Source of the DNA: Octopus vulgaris
Lineage: Eukaryota
Length of the DNA: 64,000 nt
Direction: 5' to 3'
Assembly (NCBI GenBank): GCA_951406725.2
Contig: OX597831.1
Location: 2,418,001-2,482,000 of the forward strand
Part shown: positions 27,791-39,416 of the stretch, piece by piece
Layout: every line of letters starts with the position of its first letter
Numbering within the stretch: position 1 is the stretch's first letter
Program-made: the position numbers and the translations under genes
Notes under the pieces: model-generated
The model's database searches: none
What the model was told of the DNA's origin: nothing
The model's input: only the letters and a program-made list of their open reading frames with translations

Positions 27791-27932
27791 GTTAATCCAA
27801 ACCTGAAAACACAAAGAGAAAACACAACAACGTGAGGACGTGGAACAAGTATAGTGTTATTGGACACTCAGGAAAGGAAAGAAAGAAGGAAGGGGAGACA
27901 GAGGGAAAAAAATCACCAACGATACACAGTTA
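27791..27932 (-). mobile_element. Internally deleted copy of the hammerhead-bearing repeat at 32429-32637
   Basis: Reverse complement shares TTCCACGTCCTCACGTTGTTGTGTTTTCTCTTTGTGTTTTCA..TTTGGATTAAC and the 5' flank but lacks the ribozyme segment. Confidence 0.75.
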
Positions 27933-28342
27933 TGATGAAGATTTTGATCAAGAGTTTCATTAAAATACGAACACTTTAGAATAGTTGGTCTCAGAAAGGT
28001 TCGCATTAAAAGAGTTAACTTAATCCCAGATATTATAAAATATACTAATGTATATTTGGTCTAACTTCAATTGTAGTATTGTTTATAATGTCGCAAAATT
28101 TACCTGTTATTTATAAAGAAATTTGTGATTAAATGTTGTGCCATATACACATTTGAAACCAGTTTTGTTATACTAGTTCCTGCATTGAAACTCTGCATTG
28201 ATTCTGCCACCAGAATTACATGGTGAAACTTGCTTCATGTTTTTACTAAAGTTATTTATATTCTAGTTCTTTCATGTTTTTCTCTCAGACTTGGTTATTA
28301 TATTATAATTTTCACTTTCAGTTTTTGATAAAATAACTTCCA

Positions 28343-28384
<42 letters not shown>

Positions 28385-28691
28385 GTATGTATATATATAT
28401 ATATATTCATACACTAACCTCACCTATTGGACACATATAACAGTGGTGGAGGGAGAAACTATTATGAATTCAAATTACAGTTATTATATTCTGCTTCTTA
28501 TATATGTATTTTTTTCCCCTTCAAGCTTAGTTATTATATTATAATTTTCTCTTTTTAGTTTTATTTTTTTGTCTACATCATGTCTAACCTTTTAGACACA
28601 TTTCCAACACCAAGATGTCTGGAGAATAGTAAAACTGTTTTATATTTTAAGTTTAGTTAATATAATGTAGTTGTTATTATTATTGTTGTTG

Positions 28692-28738
<47 letters not shown>

Positions 28739-31091
28739 GTTATTGTTATTTGTTTATTCTATCAACCTGTGTTGTTATAATTTTCTTTCTATTTATTTCT
28801 CACAATATTGCTTACTCAAGTAATGCTAAGTACTTACAGCTAGACTATATGTGTATAATATGTAAATGTATGCAATACACGTGTGTGCATGCACGCACAC
28901 ACACACTCACACGCACCATACTTCTTAACATCTTGATTTTCAACATTGTGTTTTGTTGTGGACAAATGTTCTTGCTGTTGCAAGCCACTTTAACAGAACA
29001 AGCTGAGTGATTCTTAAATCATGACTGTGGCAATACGAGAAAGATGTCTTATCAGTCTTGAAGCCTTCTCCATCCTTATATTCCAACAGAACATCAAGAA
29101 GAAAAACGGAAAATAGAGCAGATGTCTTGTACGCATACACTTGGCTCAAATTGCTAAGAAAGAGAACTGAGGCAAAAACCAGATGTGTTTATGACAGACA
29201 ATCAAAAAGGAAGAATTTATTTTGCTGAACCTAGTGTCATCTCCATCCTGTGTTATATCTGTCTGCGGTAGTTGAGTAGAAGGCACGAGGAATACAAGCT
29301 TTCAGAAAGCCAAGATAAAATAAATGATTACAAAAGGGTAAAGTAGATTAGAGGTTCAAACAGAGGCAAGTAGGAAGGAATGTATTGTCTGTAGAAATAC
29401 TATTTAATAAATATTTTCTTCAAAGTGTCTTATCTTTAGATCAAAGGAGTTCAATAAACAACAAAGGCTGGGTGTTTTAATATTCTATGTCAACTTTACT
29501 GGAGATCTATGAGTTGGATGGTTTTATATTTCCATTATACAATTTGGCACTGTTTCTCAATAAGATCATCATCATCATCATCATCATCGTTTAGCGTCCG
29601 TTTTCCATGCTAGCATGGGTTGGACGGTTCTACTGGGGTCTGTGAAGCCAGAAGGCTTCATCAGGCCCAGTCAAATCTGGCAGTGTTTCTACGGCTGGAT
29701 GCCCTTCCTAACGCCAACCACTCCGTGAGTGTAGTGGGTGCTTTTTACGTGCCACCCGCACTGGTGCCAGACAGAGCTGGCAAACGGCCACGAACGGATG
29801 GTGCTTTTTATGTGCCACCGGCACGAGGGCCAGGCGATCTGAGGGAGATTTGGCTACTATTTCTACCAAGTTGAACAACAAGGAGCTCTGACTTTGAACT
29901 TACTTGTAAGATGGAATAATTCACACTGCAGTAATGTTTGCACTGTGAAATTTTCAAATATTTTGCTGGCTTGCTGTTTAATTCCACCCACAGAAAATAA
30001 TCACCAAAAAAAAAAAGAAAGAAAAAAGAGCAGACCCCCCCCAACCTAATTGTGTACTGAACTATGTGAAATTACAGAACTCTAGTCAAATCACTTTTTA
30101 ATCTAAAATAAAACTGACATTTAGAAACAAGATCTTCATCGTCTTTCTTTAAAAGCCATCTTACATGAATTTTAGCAATCATGAAATTCTTTGCTTGTAT
30201 TGTTCAACAGCTACCAATTCTATAATTATGATTTTATAATTAAAGTCTTGGTTTATTTCTGTTTCCTTTCAGTAATTCTTAATCTTTCTGCTTGAAGCCT
30301 TACTACATTTTCTTCCTGTGTTTCGTTTTGTCTTCTTTTAGTTTTCTTTTTACTTCAAGCCTTGATTTTGCCTTCAGCTTCCTTTCTTTTTCCTTTTTTT
30401 TTTTTTTTTTTCCTTGTGTTTCTTCTTGTCGTTTTGCAACATTTCTTCTACTTTCTGATTCCATTGAGAACTGTAACTTCTTCATGTTTTATAATCTTCA
30501 TCTTCTATCTAATTTGAAGTTGAACAGTTTCTCTGTGGCTGAAAACTTCTCCATACGTTTGACTTGCAATTACTTGCTGTATTCTTCAAAACATGCAAAT
30601 TACACCTTGTTCTTCTCTTTCTAACACAATGTTTCCAACCTTCCCTCTTTATTCCCTTACTCTTACATTTCTCTCTCCCTCACTCTCCTTCATTATGCTC
30701 ACTTACTCACTCACTCACTCATATATGTCATTATTTCTTTTCTTAGTTTCCTCTCTCAACGAAAAGTCTTTCTCTCCCACTTTTCTTCACTATCCCCCTT
30801 CCATATACACATACATATGCACTTTAACATTGTACATTAATATCTTTCTCTCCCTTTCTCCACCCCCCTCTCTCTGTTATTTTATGACATCAGCTCTCTA
30901 ATTTCCTCTCTCTGTTGCAGATCTCTTTCTTTTTTTCCACCTCCCTTGTTTTACTCTATCACTTACTCACACTATGTTTCTCTTCTCTCTCTTTATAACA
31001 TTCCTCCTTATATTTTCTGTCTGCTGCTTACCAGTATTTTTAGTGGTTGACATCTAACTCTCTCTTCACTTCCCTCACTGTCTCTCAACCA

Positions 31092-31124
<33 letters not shown>

Positions 31125-31205
31125 GGAATTTGTATGGGAGCACATGTATGTAAACAGTATAATGCAAATGATATTATTCTGTTATCACTTTCTATCACTG
31201 GAATG

Positions 31206-31244
<39 letters not shown>

Positions 31245-32428
31245 GAGGGATTATTATTCCAAACTTACAGGGAAAAATTCAATTTAGAAATACTAAATCA
31301 AATTTCACAAAATGTAATGTATATATATATAAATTAGAAAAAAAATGAATAAATAAAAAATAAAATAAATAAAAAATATGAAATTGTTCCAGAAAATACA
31401 CTCTATAATATAAATAAAGCCTCTAAATTAATAATGATGAAATATATATACATATGCTGGAACTCTTGTTTTCAAGGTTTACATTGATCATATAGACACC
31501 AGTACAGATTTTGTCAATTTCTGATTATCAAACTGCTAGATTACCTTTTGATGTAAAGAGATACAATGTTTCATACCATTTTGAACCAATATGTATATAT
31601 ACACACACACACACATTTACAACATACACAAGCAGAAACACTCATAATAATCCTTTCTACTAAAGGCACAAGGTCTGAAATTTTGGCAGAGGGGACTGGT
31701 CAATTACATCAACCCCAGTGTTTCATTGGTACTTAATTTATCGACCCTGAAAGGATGAAAGGGAAAATTGACCTCAGCAGAATTTGAACTCAGAACGTAG
31801 TGGCAGATGAAATACCACTAAGCATTTTGGCCAGTCTGCTAATGATTCTGCCAGCTCTCTACCTTAAACACACTCATAATAATAATCATCATTTTATGTT
31901 CACTTTCTATTTTGACATGGATAAGATGGGTTATCATGATCTGAGCCAATTCTTATTCAGAATTGCATTCCTTCTGAGCAGGTTCAAAAACCATGTCAGA
32001 CTCACACATTCCAATTTTATGACATAGAGTAAGTTTGTATGTGTCTCTCTCTCTGTTCCTGTGTACTGACATTGCATAACAGTTGTATAAGTGTCACTGT
32101 TTTACAAGCAATGTCATTCATTTCCAATATTTAGCAAAAACATGTCTGGCCATGGGGAAATATTACCTTGCTTGGAAACAGGTGAGGGTCGGTGACAGGA
32201 AGGGCATCCAGCCATAGAAAATCTGCCTCAATAAACTCTGTCCAACCCATGTAAGGATGGAAGACAGGATGCTAAGACAATCATGATGGTATATATATAT
32301 ATACATGTATTTACATGTATGTATGTGTGTGTGTATCTACATGTATATCTATCTATATATATATATATGTGTGTGTGTGTGTATGTATGTGTGTATATCT
32401 ATATATATACATATACATACATATAAAT

Positions 32429-32632
32429 GTGACCGCGTGTGTACTGTTGGCGATTTTTTTCCTCCGTCTTCCTTTCTCTGGATCTTTCCTTTTCCTATGT
32501 TTCTGACGAAGAGCTCCGCTCGAAACGTAAAACCCTCCTTCTTCCCTTCCTTCCTGAGCATCCAATAATACTATATGTGTTCCACGTCCTCACGTTGTTG
32601 TGTTTTCTCTTTGTGTTTTCATGTTTGGATTA

Positions 32633-32637
<5 letters not shown>
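32429..32637 (+). mobile_element. Short PLE pseudo-LTR-like repeat carrying the hammerhead
   Basis: Embedded between (TA)n/(TG)n microsatellites, contains the minimal hammerhead, and has a second copy in the window. Confidence 0.65.
32499..32533 (+). ncRNA. Minimal type-I hammerhead ribozyme (Penelope-like element type)
   Basis: GTTT-CTGACGA-A-GAGC(TCC)GCTC-GAAA-CG-TA-AAAC: stem I, intact CUGANGA and GAAA boxes, stem II, palindromic ACGT at stem III and a GUA cleavage triplet (cut after 32529). Confidence 0.85.
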
Positions 32638-32683
<46 letters not shown>

Positions 32684-32821
32684 CGGAGATGTACTCGCAT
32701 AGCAAGTAATTTGATCTGAGATCGTGTGCTGAAACGAAAACAATTGCAGCGTGGGAGGTGTTTATAAGCCATTTAAGAAACACACAAAAGCCGTTCGATT
32801 CACTCCAACATTTAAGTTTAA

Positions 32822-32871
32822 TTTGTCAAAATATTTTCGTCGCTAAAATCCGCGACCTGTTCACTGACAAA
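32822..32871 (-). ncRNA. Mirror copy of the variant hammerhead-like motif (left arm of the palindrome)
   Basis: Exact reverse complement of 33311-33360. Confidence 0.6.
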
Positions 32872-33310
32872 GTCCGTGCTGCATCTAAGAAAGTAACAGT
32901 TAGTTCGTCATATATATGTATGTACGTATGTATGTGTGTATGTATGCATACATGTGTGTATGTATGTACGTATTCATGTCCGCACATACGCCTGTGTATG
33001 CATGTATGTATGTATGTATGTATGTATGTATGTATATATGTATGTGTGTGTATAAGCACGCACATACACTCTATAAAACATAAAGTTATAAACGCTACAG
33101 GTTTATAACTTTATGTTTTATAGAGTGTATGTGCGTGCTTATACACACACATACATATATACATACATACATACATACATGCATACACAGGCGTATGTGC
33201 GGACATGAATACGTACATACATACACACATGTATGCATACATACACACATACATACGTACATACATATATATGACGAACTAACTGTTACTTTCTTAGATG
33301 CAGCACGGAC

Positions 33311-33360
33311 TTTGTCAGTGAACAGGTCGCGGATTTTAGCGACGAAAATATTTTGACAAA
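33311..33360 (+). ncRNA. Variant minimal hammerhead-like motif with G3:C8 core (GUGAACA)
   Basis: TTTGTCA-GTGAACA-G-GTCGC(GGATTTTA)GCGAC-GAAA-ATAT-TT-TGACAAA: 7-bp stem I, 5-bp stem II, GAAA box, palindromic AAAATATTTT at stem III. Confidence 0.6.
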
Positions 33361-34058
33361 TTAAACTTAAATGTTGGAGTGAATCGAACGGCTTTTGTGT
33401 GTTTCTTAAATGGCTTATAAACACCTCCCACGCTGCAATTGTATATATATATATATATAAATATATATATGTATATGTATGTATGAGAGTGTACTGAACA
33501 TTTCCTGGCTTTAAGGTTATCACAAAAGCTCAGTTTGGAGGCTCAACCTTCTGAGCTCTTCTACAGGCCTTAGAAAAGCTGACAGTGCTGCAATAAACGT
33601 GAATCTGAGAGGGGGAACATGTTGAATGAAACCCTAATTAACTGGTCTTCCTGTAGTTTCCTTTACCCAAAGCCAGGAACTTTTCACCATCCCCTCGTTT
33701 ATATATAAACGGCATTGATTGGTTGAAATTACCGAAATACAACAACTTTAACAAAAAAATAACTTCCAAAATACAGAATTTTCTCAAAAATGCTAAGAGT
33801 AAAAGATGTTTTATGTGACACATTCTACAAGTATACGAAGTTTGAAAGTGTTTAGTTACAAAAAATTATTTTTTAAATCTTTCGGTGAAAAGGTAAAGAT
33901 CCCTATATTGCAGTAAATGTTACATTTGTAAATCATTTAGTTTCACTGTTTTTCTCATCTTTTCTTTTTATTTTTTTTCTCCTTTTCCCTAGATCCCAGC
34001 CACACTTCCGCAAACAGCAGAAAATCGACAATTAACCATTCCAACTAAGAGCAACTTC

Positions 34059-34130
34059 ATGCACCAAAATATCCGTGTGAAACTTCCTTTTGGAGTTCTT
34101 TTCATGTTTTGCTGCCTGAAATATGAGTGA
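34059..34130 (+). other. Upstream ORF (23 aa) overlapping the predicted LCA5 start codon out of frame
   Basis: ATG at 34059 reads MHQNIRVKLPFGVLFMFCCLKYE*. Its TGA (34128-34130) lies inside ATGAGTGA, overlapping the main ATG at 34123. Confidence 0.6.
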
Positions 34131-34276
34131 TTCTTCGAGTGCTTCTCAGTCATCTGAGGAAAACGAGGTGTTACGTGCATCTCCGTCTGAAAAGGTTGAC
34201 AACTATAGTGAATGCTTCGAGTCAGATGCTGAAAGTGAGGTAACTGTACAAACAAAACAGTCATCAGCGAGGAAAA
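34123..34276 (+). CDS. LCA5: Lebercilin (LCA5-like) coding exon 1, ATG at 34123; the exon itself begins at the 33993 acceptor
   Basis: Long polypyrimidine tract ending in AG at 33992. ORF MSDSSSASQSSEENEVLRASPSEKVDNYSECFESDAESEVTVQTKQSSARK+A|gttagt has a phase-1 donor that matches the phase-1 start of the next exon. The Ser/acidic N-terminus with a YSxxFE motif resembles lebercilins. Confidence 0.75.
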
Positions 34277-35651
34277 GTTAGTTTGTTCCCCTTTGAAGAA
34301 TCTGTTCTTGCTTGCTTTTTTTTTTTTTTTTCGCCAATTCTTTGCCATTTTTTTTATTTATTTATTCATTTTTATTTTTGTTTCATCTGCCAAGAGTTGT
34401 TAAACCATCTTACTAAAAATTCCTTGTGTTATATAATTAAAAAAAAAATGGATACAGGATCTTTCCCAAGTCATATAGACTCATGGGGCCAGTTTCCTGG
34501 TTTCCATGGTGCATAAATTCCTCCCTGGATGGGACACCAGTCTGTCGCAGGATTACTCACTTTTGCCAGCTGGGTGGACTGAAGTAATGGAAATTGAAGT
34601 GTTCTGTTCAAGAACCACAACATGTCGCCAAGTTCAGATATCGAAACCACAATCTTACAATCAGGAGTCCAACACCCTAACCACTAAGCCACATGTCACC
34701 ATAGCTCCTTCTTGAGTCACATAGACTCATGAAACTGGTTTCCCAGTTTCTCTGGCTTATATATTCCCCTCTGGATGAGACACCAATCCGTCGCAAGATT
34801 TCTCATCTTTGCCAGCTGAGTGAATTGGAGCAACGTAAAATAAAGTATTTTACCCTCAAGAACACAGTGTATCGCCCAGTCCAGGAATTGAAACATGTGT
34901 TATATAGATACAGCCCTTTGCTCTGAGTTCAAGTTTTGATGAGTCAACTTTGCCTTTCATCCCTCTGATGTCAACTTTGCCTTTCGTTCCTCATGAAATA
35001 AAGTACCATTCAACCAAATATTGGAACCCTATCAGACTCATTAGTGTATTATGAAAATACCTGGCAATATTTCTTCCATCTCTAAGGCTGTGAGCTGGAA
35101 GAATCATTAGCACACCTGGCAAAGTGCTTAGCAGCATTTCATCCATCTTTACATTCTGAAGTCAACTTTGCCTTTCATCCCATTGGGGTTGATAAAATAA
35201 ATGCCAGTTCAGTATTGTGGTCGATGAAATAAGTACCAGTTGTGTATTGGGGTCGATGTAATCAACTTACCGCCCTCCCCCAAACTTGCTGGCTTTGTAC
35301 CAAAATTTGAAATCAGTATTTCTTCACTAATAACATGTTTCATTCTTACTGGACAACAACAACAGAAAGTGCGTCTAGCTTTAATACTGGCTCTCCAACA
35401 ATTCATTCATAAATAATTAAATTAACAAACTCATCCCACCCATTACAATAGGAAAATAATGATTATAAACTGTTAAGTAAATACACACATACACACATCA
35501 CACATTAATAAATAAAACCTGTGAAGCTTGACATTTGTTGCTTCAACTTGCCATAAACTTCAATAAATTGAACTCTCTTTCTCACTCTTTTCCTTCTCTC
35601 TCTCTTTCACTCTTACCTTACACTTCATTCCCAAATTTTGACACTTTGGTA

Positions 35652-36008
35652 AATAATACAAATAAAAGATTCTTTGCTGACAGCTTAAATTATTGAATCA
35701 CCTCCACCACCACCACTTCTACTACCAATCTTTCTATTCCATCTATTGCTATAGAGACCTGAGGAACACTCTTGACCAGTTGCCTGGTTTTAATATGGTA
35801 TTAGTGGTGGTAATGGTGGTTAATGTGGATGTGACGGTGGGGATGAAAGCTTTGTACTACATCCTCTGAGTCCACATGTTCAAACCTGCTGTTAGTATTT
35901 TTTGTTGTTTCTGTGCAAAACACTTTATTTCAGTTTGTTGAGTTGTTTGGGAATAAGGCATCGGTTCAGTCTAAGAATATTCAGCATCAAACCATTCATT
36001 GTCTGTCT
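35652..36008 (+). repeat. ~350-bp direct repeat, copy 1
   Basis: Colinear and highly similar to 37620-37959. Confidence 0.9.
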
Positions 36009-36339
36009 GTCATCTTAATCCATCCGGTGAGCTCACAGAATCATTTTTGTGTACAAGATGAAATGCTTAGCGGCATTTCTTCCTGCTTTACATTCTGAGT
36101 TGAAATGCTGCTGAGGTCACTTTTGCCTTTCATCCTTTCAGAGTCAATAAAGTACCAGTCAATTATTGGTACTTTATTGACTCTGAACTCCAGTCAATCA
36201 CTGGAGTCAATGCAATCAACTCTCCCTCTCTCTCCTCAAATTTCAGGCATCATGCCTATAGTAGAAAAAATTATTGGATCTAAATTCTAGTTCTTATGAT
36301 ATTTGTTGTTTTTGTTGTCGTCGTCACTGCTTTTGTTTG

Positions 36340-36705
36340 TTTGTTGAGCGAAGCAGTCTTCGTCCTGCAGTGGGAGAAGTCCAAAATGTGGTCCTTTGCT
36401 ATTCATAAGACCCGCAGAAGAGAAAGCAGGTCAACCCCCGACACCGAGAGCATCGACGGATAGATGAATGCGCATCCAGGCTCAGTGGTTGCGTAGGAAG
36501 TCGGGGACAAGAAACAGGAAGAGAGAGCGAGAGAAAGTTGGAGCAAAAGAGTACAACAGGGGTCGCCACCACCCCCTGCCAGAGCCTCGTGGCGCTTTAG
36601 GTGTTTTCACTCAATAAACACACACAACGCCTGGTCTGGGAATTGAAACCACGATCCTCCGACTGCGAGTCTGCTGCTCTAACCACTGGGCCATTGCGCC
36701 TTCAC
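36340..36705 (-). mobile_element. tRNA-derived SINE
   Basis: Head GAAGGCGCAATGGCCCAGTGGTTAGAGCAGCAGACTCGCAGTC...GTTTCAATTCC on the minus strand. Confidence 0.85.
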
Positions 36706-36789
36706 TCGTCGTCGCTGCTGTTGTTGTTGTTGAGCAGATCCAGTTCAGTTCTAATGAGAAGAGCAAAGTTACAGGATTGGAAAGAAAAT

Positions 36790-37400
36790 TATCAATGAAT
36801 AACAAAACATGGAAGTGATGCTACCAAAGCTAAACTAGGCCAAGACCATGCTATCGATGAATCAACAACTTGTAATATTATTCAGAGCATGAAGCTCTGA
36901 CAGTGTTGCCTCATCATTGAATTTCCAAACAACAAGAAGCAGAAGCACTGCAATGATTGAAATGGAACATCTCTTGCTAATTTGGATCGAAGATTGCAAT
37001 AATAAATATATATTCCTTTAAGTCAAATGGCTATCAAAATAATGATTGTTGGTCTGTTAGCAGCTGTTCAAATAGAAATGAAAGAAAATGAAATTGTTGG
37101 AAAAAATTTAACAAAACAATTTCTGGAAGTTCTGGATGGTCCAACAGGTTTAGGAAGTGATTTGAAATCAATAACATTATAGGAAAATGCAGATGGTGGT
37201 ACAGTAACTAGCTATCCTGTTGAACTGATAAAAAAAAATTATTGGAAATGGGGTTTATGTTGAACAAATTATAAATATTGATGAAGCCGGATTGTTTTGG
37301 AAATGAATGGCGAATAAAACTTACTCAGCAAAGAATAATAATTTGCAGCCTGGTTTTGAAAGTAGCTAATGATTAAAGAGTATTATAGTTTGCTTGTGGT
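36790..37400 (+). mobile_element. Decayed Tigger/pogo transposase fragment
   Basis: Interrupted translation MEHLLLIWIEDCN..IPLSQMAIK (CENP-B HTH) and YVEQIINIDEAGLFWK (first catalytic D region). Confidence 0.75.
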
Positions 37401-37619
37401 ATTGCTATGCATATAAATGGTATATTTGGAAAAAAAACCTTTGGGCAATGCAGATGGGGAGTTAGGCAATATATGCAAGGTAATATCAATATATGGAAAC
37501 AAAGAGAAAAAAATACTGTATTCCCTTTTATAGGTTATTTAATAATCCTATATTGTTTTGGGAAAGATCCAAACAGAAGGGAAAAAATAATGCTGACTAA
37601 GCCCTTTCAGTCAGTGTTG

Positions 37620-37959
37620 AATAATACAAATAAAAGCTTCTTTGTTGACAACTTCAATTGAGTTACCACCACCACTTCTACTACCAACCTTTCTATTCCT
37701 TCTATTGCTATAGAGACCTGAGGGACACTCTTGACCAGTTGCCTGGCTTTGATGTGGTATTAGCGGTGGTTAATGTGGATGTGACGGTGGGGATGAAAGC
37801 TTTGTACTACTTCCTCAGAGTTCACCTGTTCAAACCTGCTGTTGGTATTTTTTTGTTGTGTTTCCGAGCAAAACACTTTATTTCAGTTCGTTGAGTTGTT
37901 TGGGAATAAGGCATCGGTTCAGTCTAAGAATATTAAGCATCAGACATTCATTGTCAGTC
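37620..37959 (+). repeat. ~350-bp direct repeat, copy 2
   Basis: Colinear and highly similar to 35652-36008. Confidence 0.9.
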
Positions 37960-38913
37960 TATCAATGTAACACAGGTTTTAATTAATCCTTTCATTACTG
38001 TATTTATTTTGAGATGCTCTGTGTTTCTTTCAATTACTTTAAATATAACAAAGAATTTAGTAAAATAACTTAGTTACCATTCAGTTAGTGTTAGGAACAT
38101 AAATTGTGACTAAGGTTTGGTGGAAGATTTTAATTCAAAGCTTGTACTCAGAGCCAGAGCCAGTTTCAGCCAGGTTGGTAACAAAAGGGTTAAGTCAACA
38201 ACTGTTATCATGGGGTTCATTTCTTCAGATATCCACATAAACCTTTTATATAATATAATATTTGCTGGGAATAACTTGAAATTTGTTCAACTTTCCTCTG
38301 TACTTCATATAGCCTTATTTTTTGACATCTTTGCTGTAAGTTTTTGAACAAAGCAAATTTCTTCAAACATACATGGGTCACTAAATATCTTTGCTTCATT
38401 CATATTTGTCATGATCCTTTCTACTATAGACACAAGGTCTGAAATTTGGGGATAGGGGGATAGTCAATTACATCAACCCCATTGTTCAACTGGTGCTTAT
38501 TTTATCAACCTTGAAAAGATAAAGGGAAAATTTGACCTCTGTTGAATTTGAACTCAGAACATAAAGATAGATGAAATGCCACTAAGTTTTTTTTGTCTGG
38601 CATGCCAACACACCTGCCAGTTCACCACCTTAATTTGATATCAGTCATAATAACATGAATAAACTAAATTCTTTCCATTTCTTTCTGTTCTGTTGTTTTC
38701 CCTACCATAATAATGTAGAAATATTGCCAGATAAGACCGGAGCCTGGTGCAGCCTTCTGGCTTCCCAGATCCCCGGTCGAACCGTCCAACCCATGCTAGC
38801 ATGGACAACGGATGTTAAACGATGATGATGATGATGAATAAATAGTTTATTCAATTTCCTTCTTGTTCTCTCAGTAACTTTTTTTTTTTTTTCGTTTTAT
38901 TTCATTCCTTTAG

Positions 38914-39416
38914 CAATAGTAAAAAAATCTCATAACCACCAGAAGATGAAACGACCTTCCAAGTTCTCTTTGAGGATCACCCCTTCTAGTGACGTTGAAC
39001 AAAAGATTTTATCAGTACGCAAGCTACACAACAACGAACTGAGAAATATGAATGGAGATCTCTTGCTGCAAATTGAGAAGCAGAAGGAAGAAATCCGACT
39101 ATTGAAACGAATGGAATTGCGGCAAGCGAAAATCATCGAAAAATTTGATAACAGCAAAAACAAACTTCCAAGTCTGATTGATTCTCACAACAAAGAATTG
39201 AAAATGCTTCGGGAACAGATACGTAGTCTGAAATTTCGTTATCGAAAATCAGAAGAATCTCTGCGGGAGGCTGATGCTGAATTGGAACGGACAAAAAATA
39301 AGCTGAACAAGTACAAGATACTTCTTGAGGAGGAACAACTGATAGACAGAGCCGAGCTCACTCGGAAGTTGATACTTGCCGAACAAAGGACGGAAGAATC
39401 AGAGAAGAAGATTCAG
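38914..39416 (+). CDS. LCA5: Lebercilin coding exon 2 (coiled-coil Lebercilin domain)
   Basis: Poly-T/pyrimidine tract plus TTAG acceptor at 38913. Open frame ...VEQKILSVRKLHNNELRN...EIRLLKRMELRQAKIIEKFDNSKNKLPSLIDSHNKELKMLREQIR...LIDRAELTRKL...KKIQ|gtaaat (phase 0) fits the lebercilin pattern. Confidence 0.93.

Larger units (their letters stand above)
32740..33442. repeat. Near-perfect long palindrome (arms 32740-33093 and 33101-33442, 7-nt loop GCTACAG)
   Basis: The arms are reverse complements apart from a 12-bp (TATG)n length difference. The ORF track shows the same peptides on both strands. Confidence 0.95.

Noticed and set aside
28997-29270. Possible additional LCA5 coding exon
   Set aside because: Stops in all frames and no phase-compatible donor. 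The CDS is complete without it.
30303-30485. Lys-rich 60-aa ORF on the minus strand
   Set aside because: Low-complexity purine tract, in-frame stop just upstream, and no supporting exon structure.
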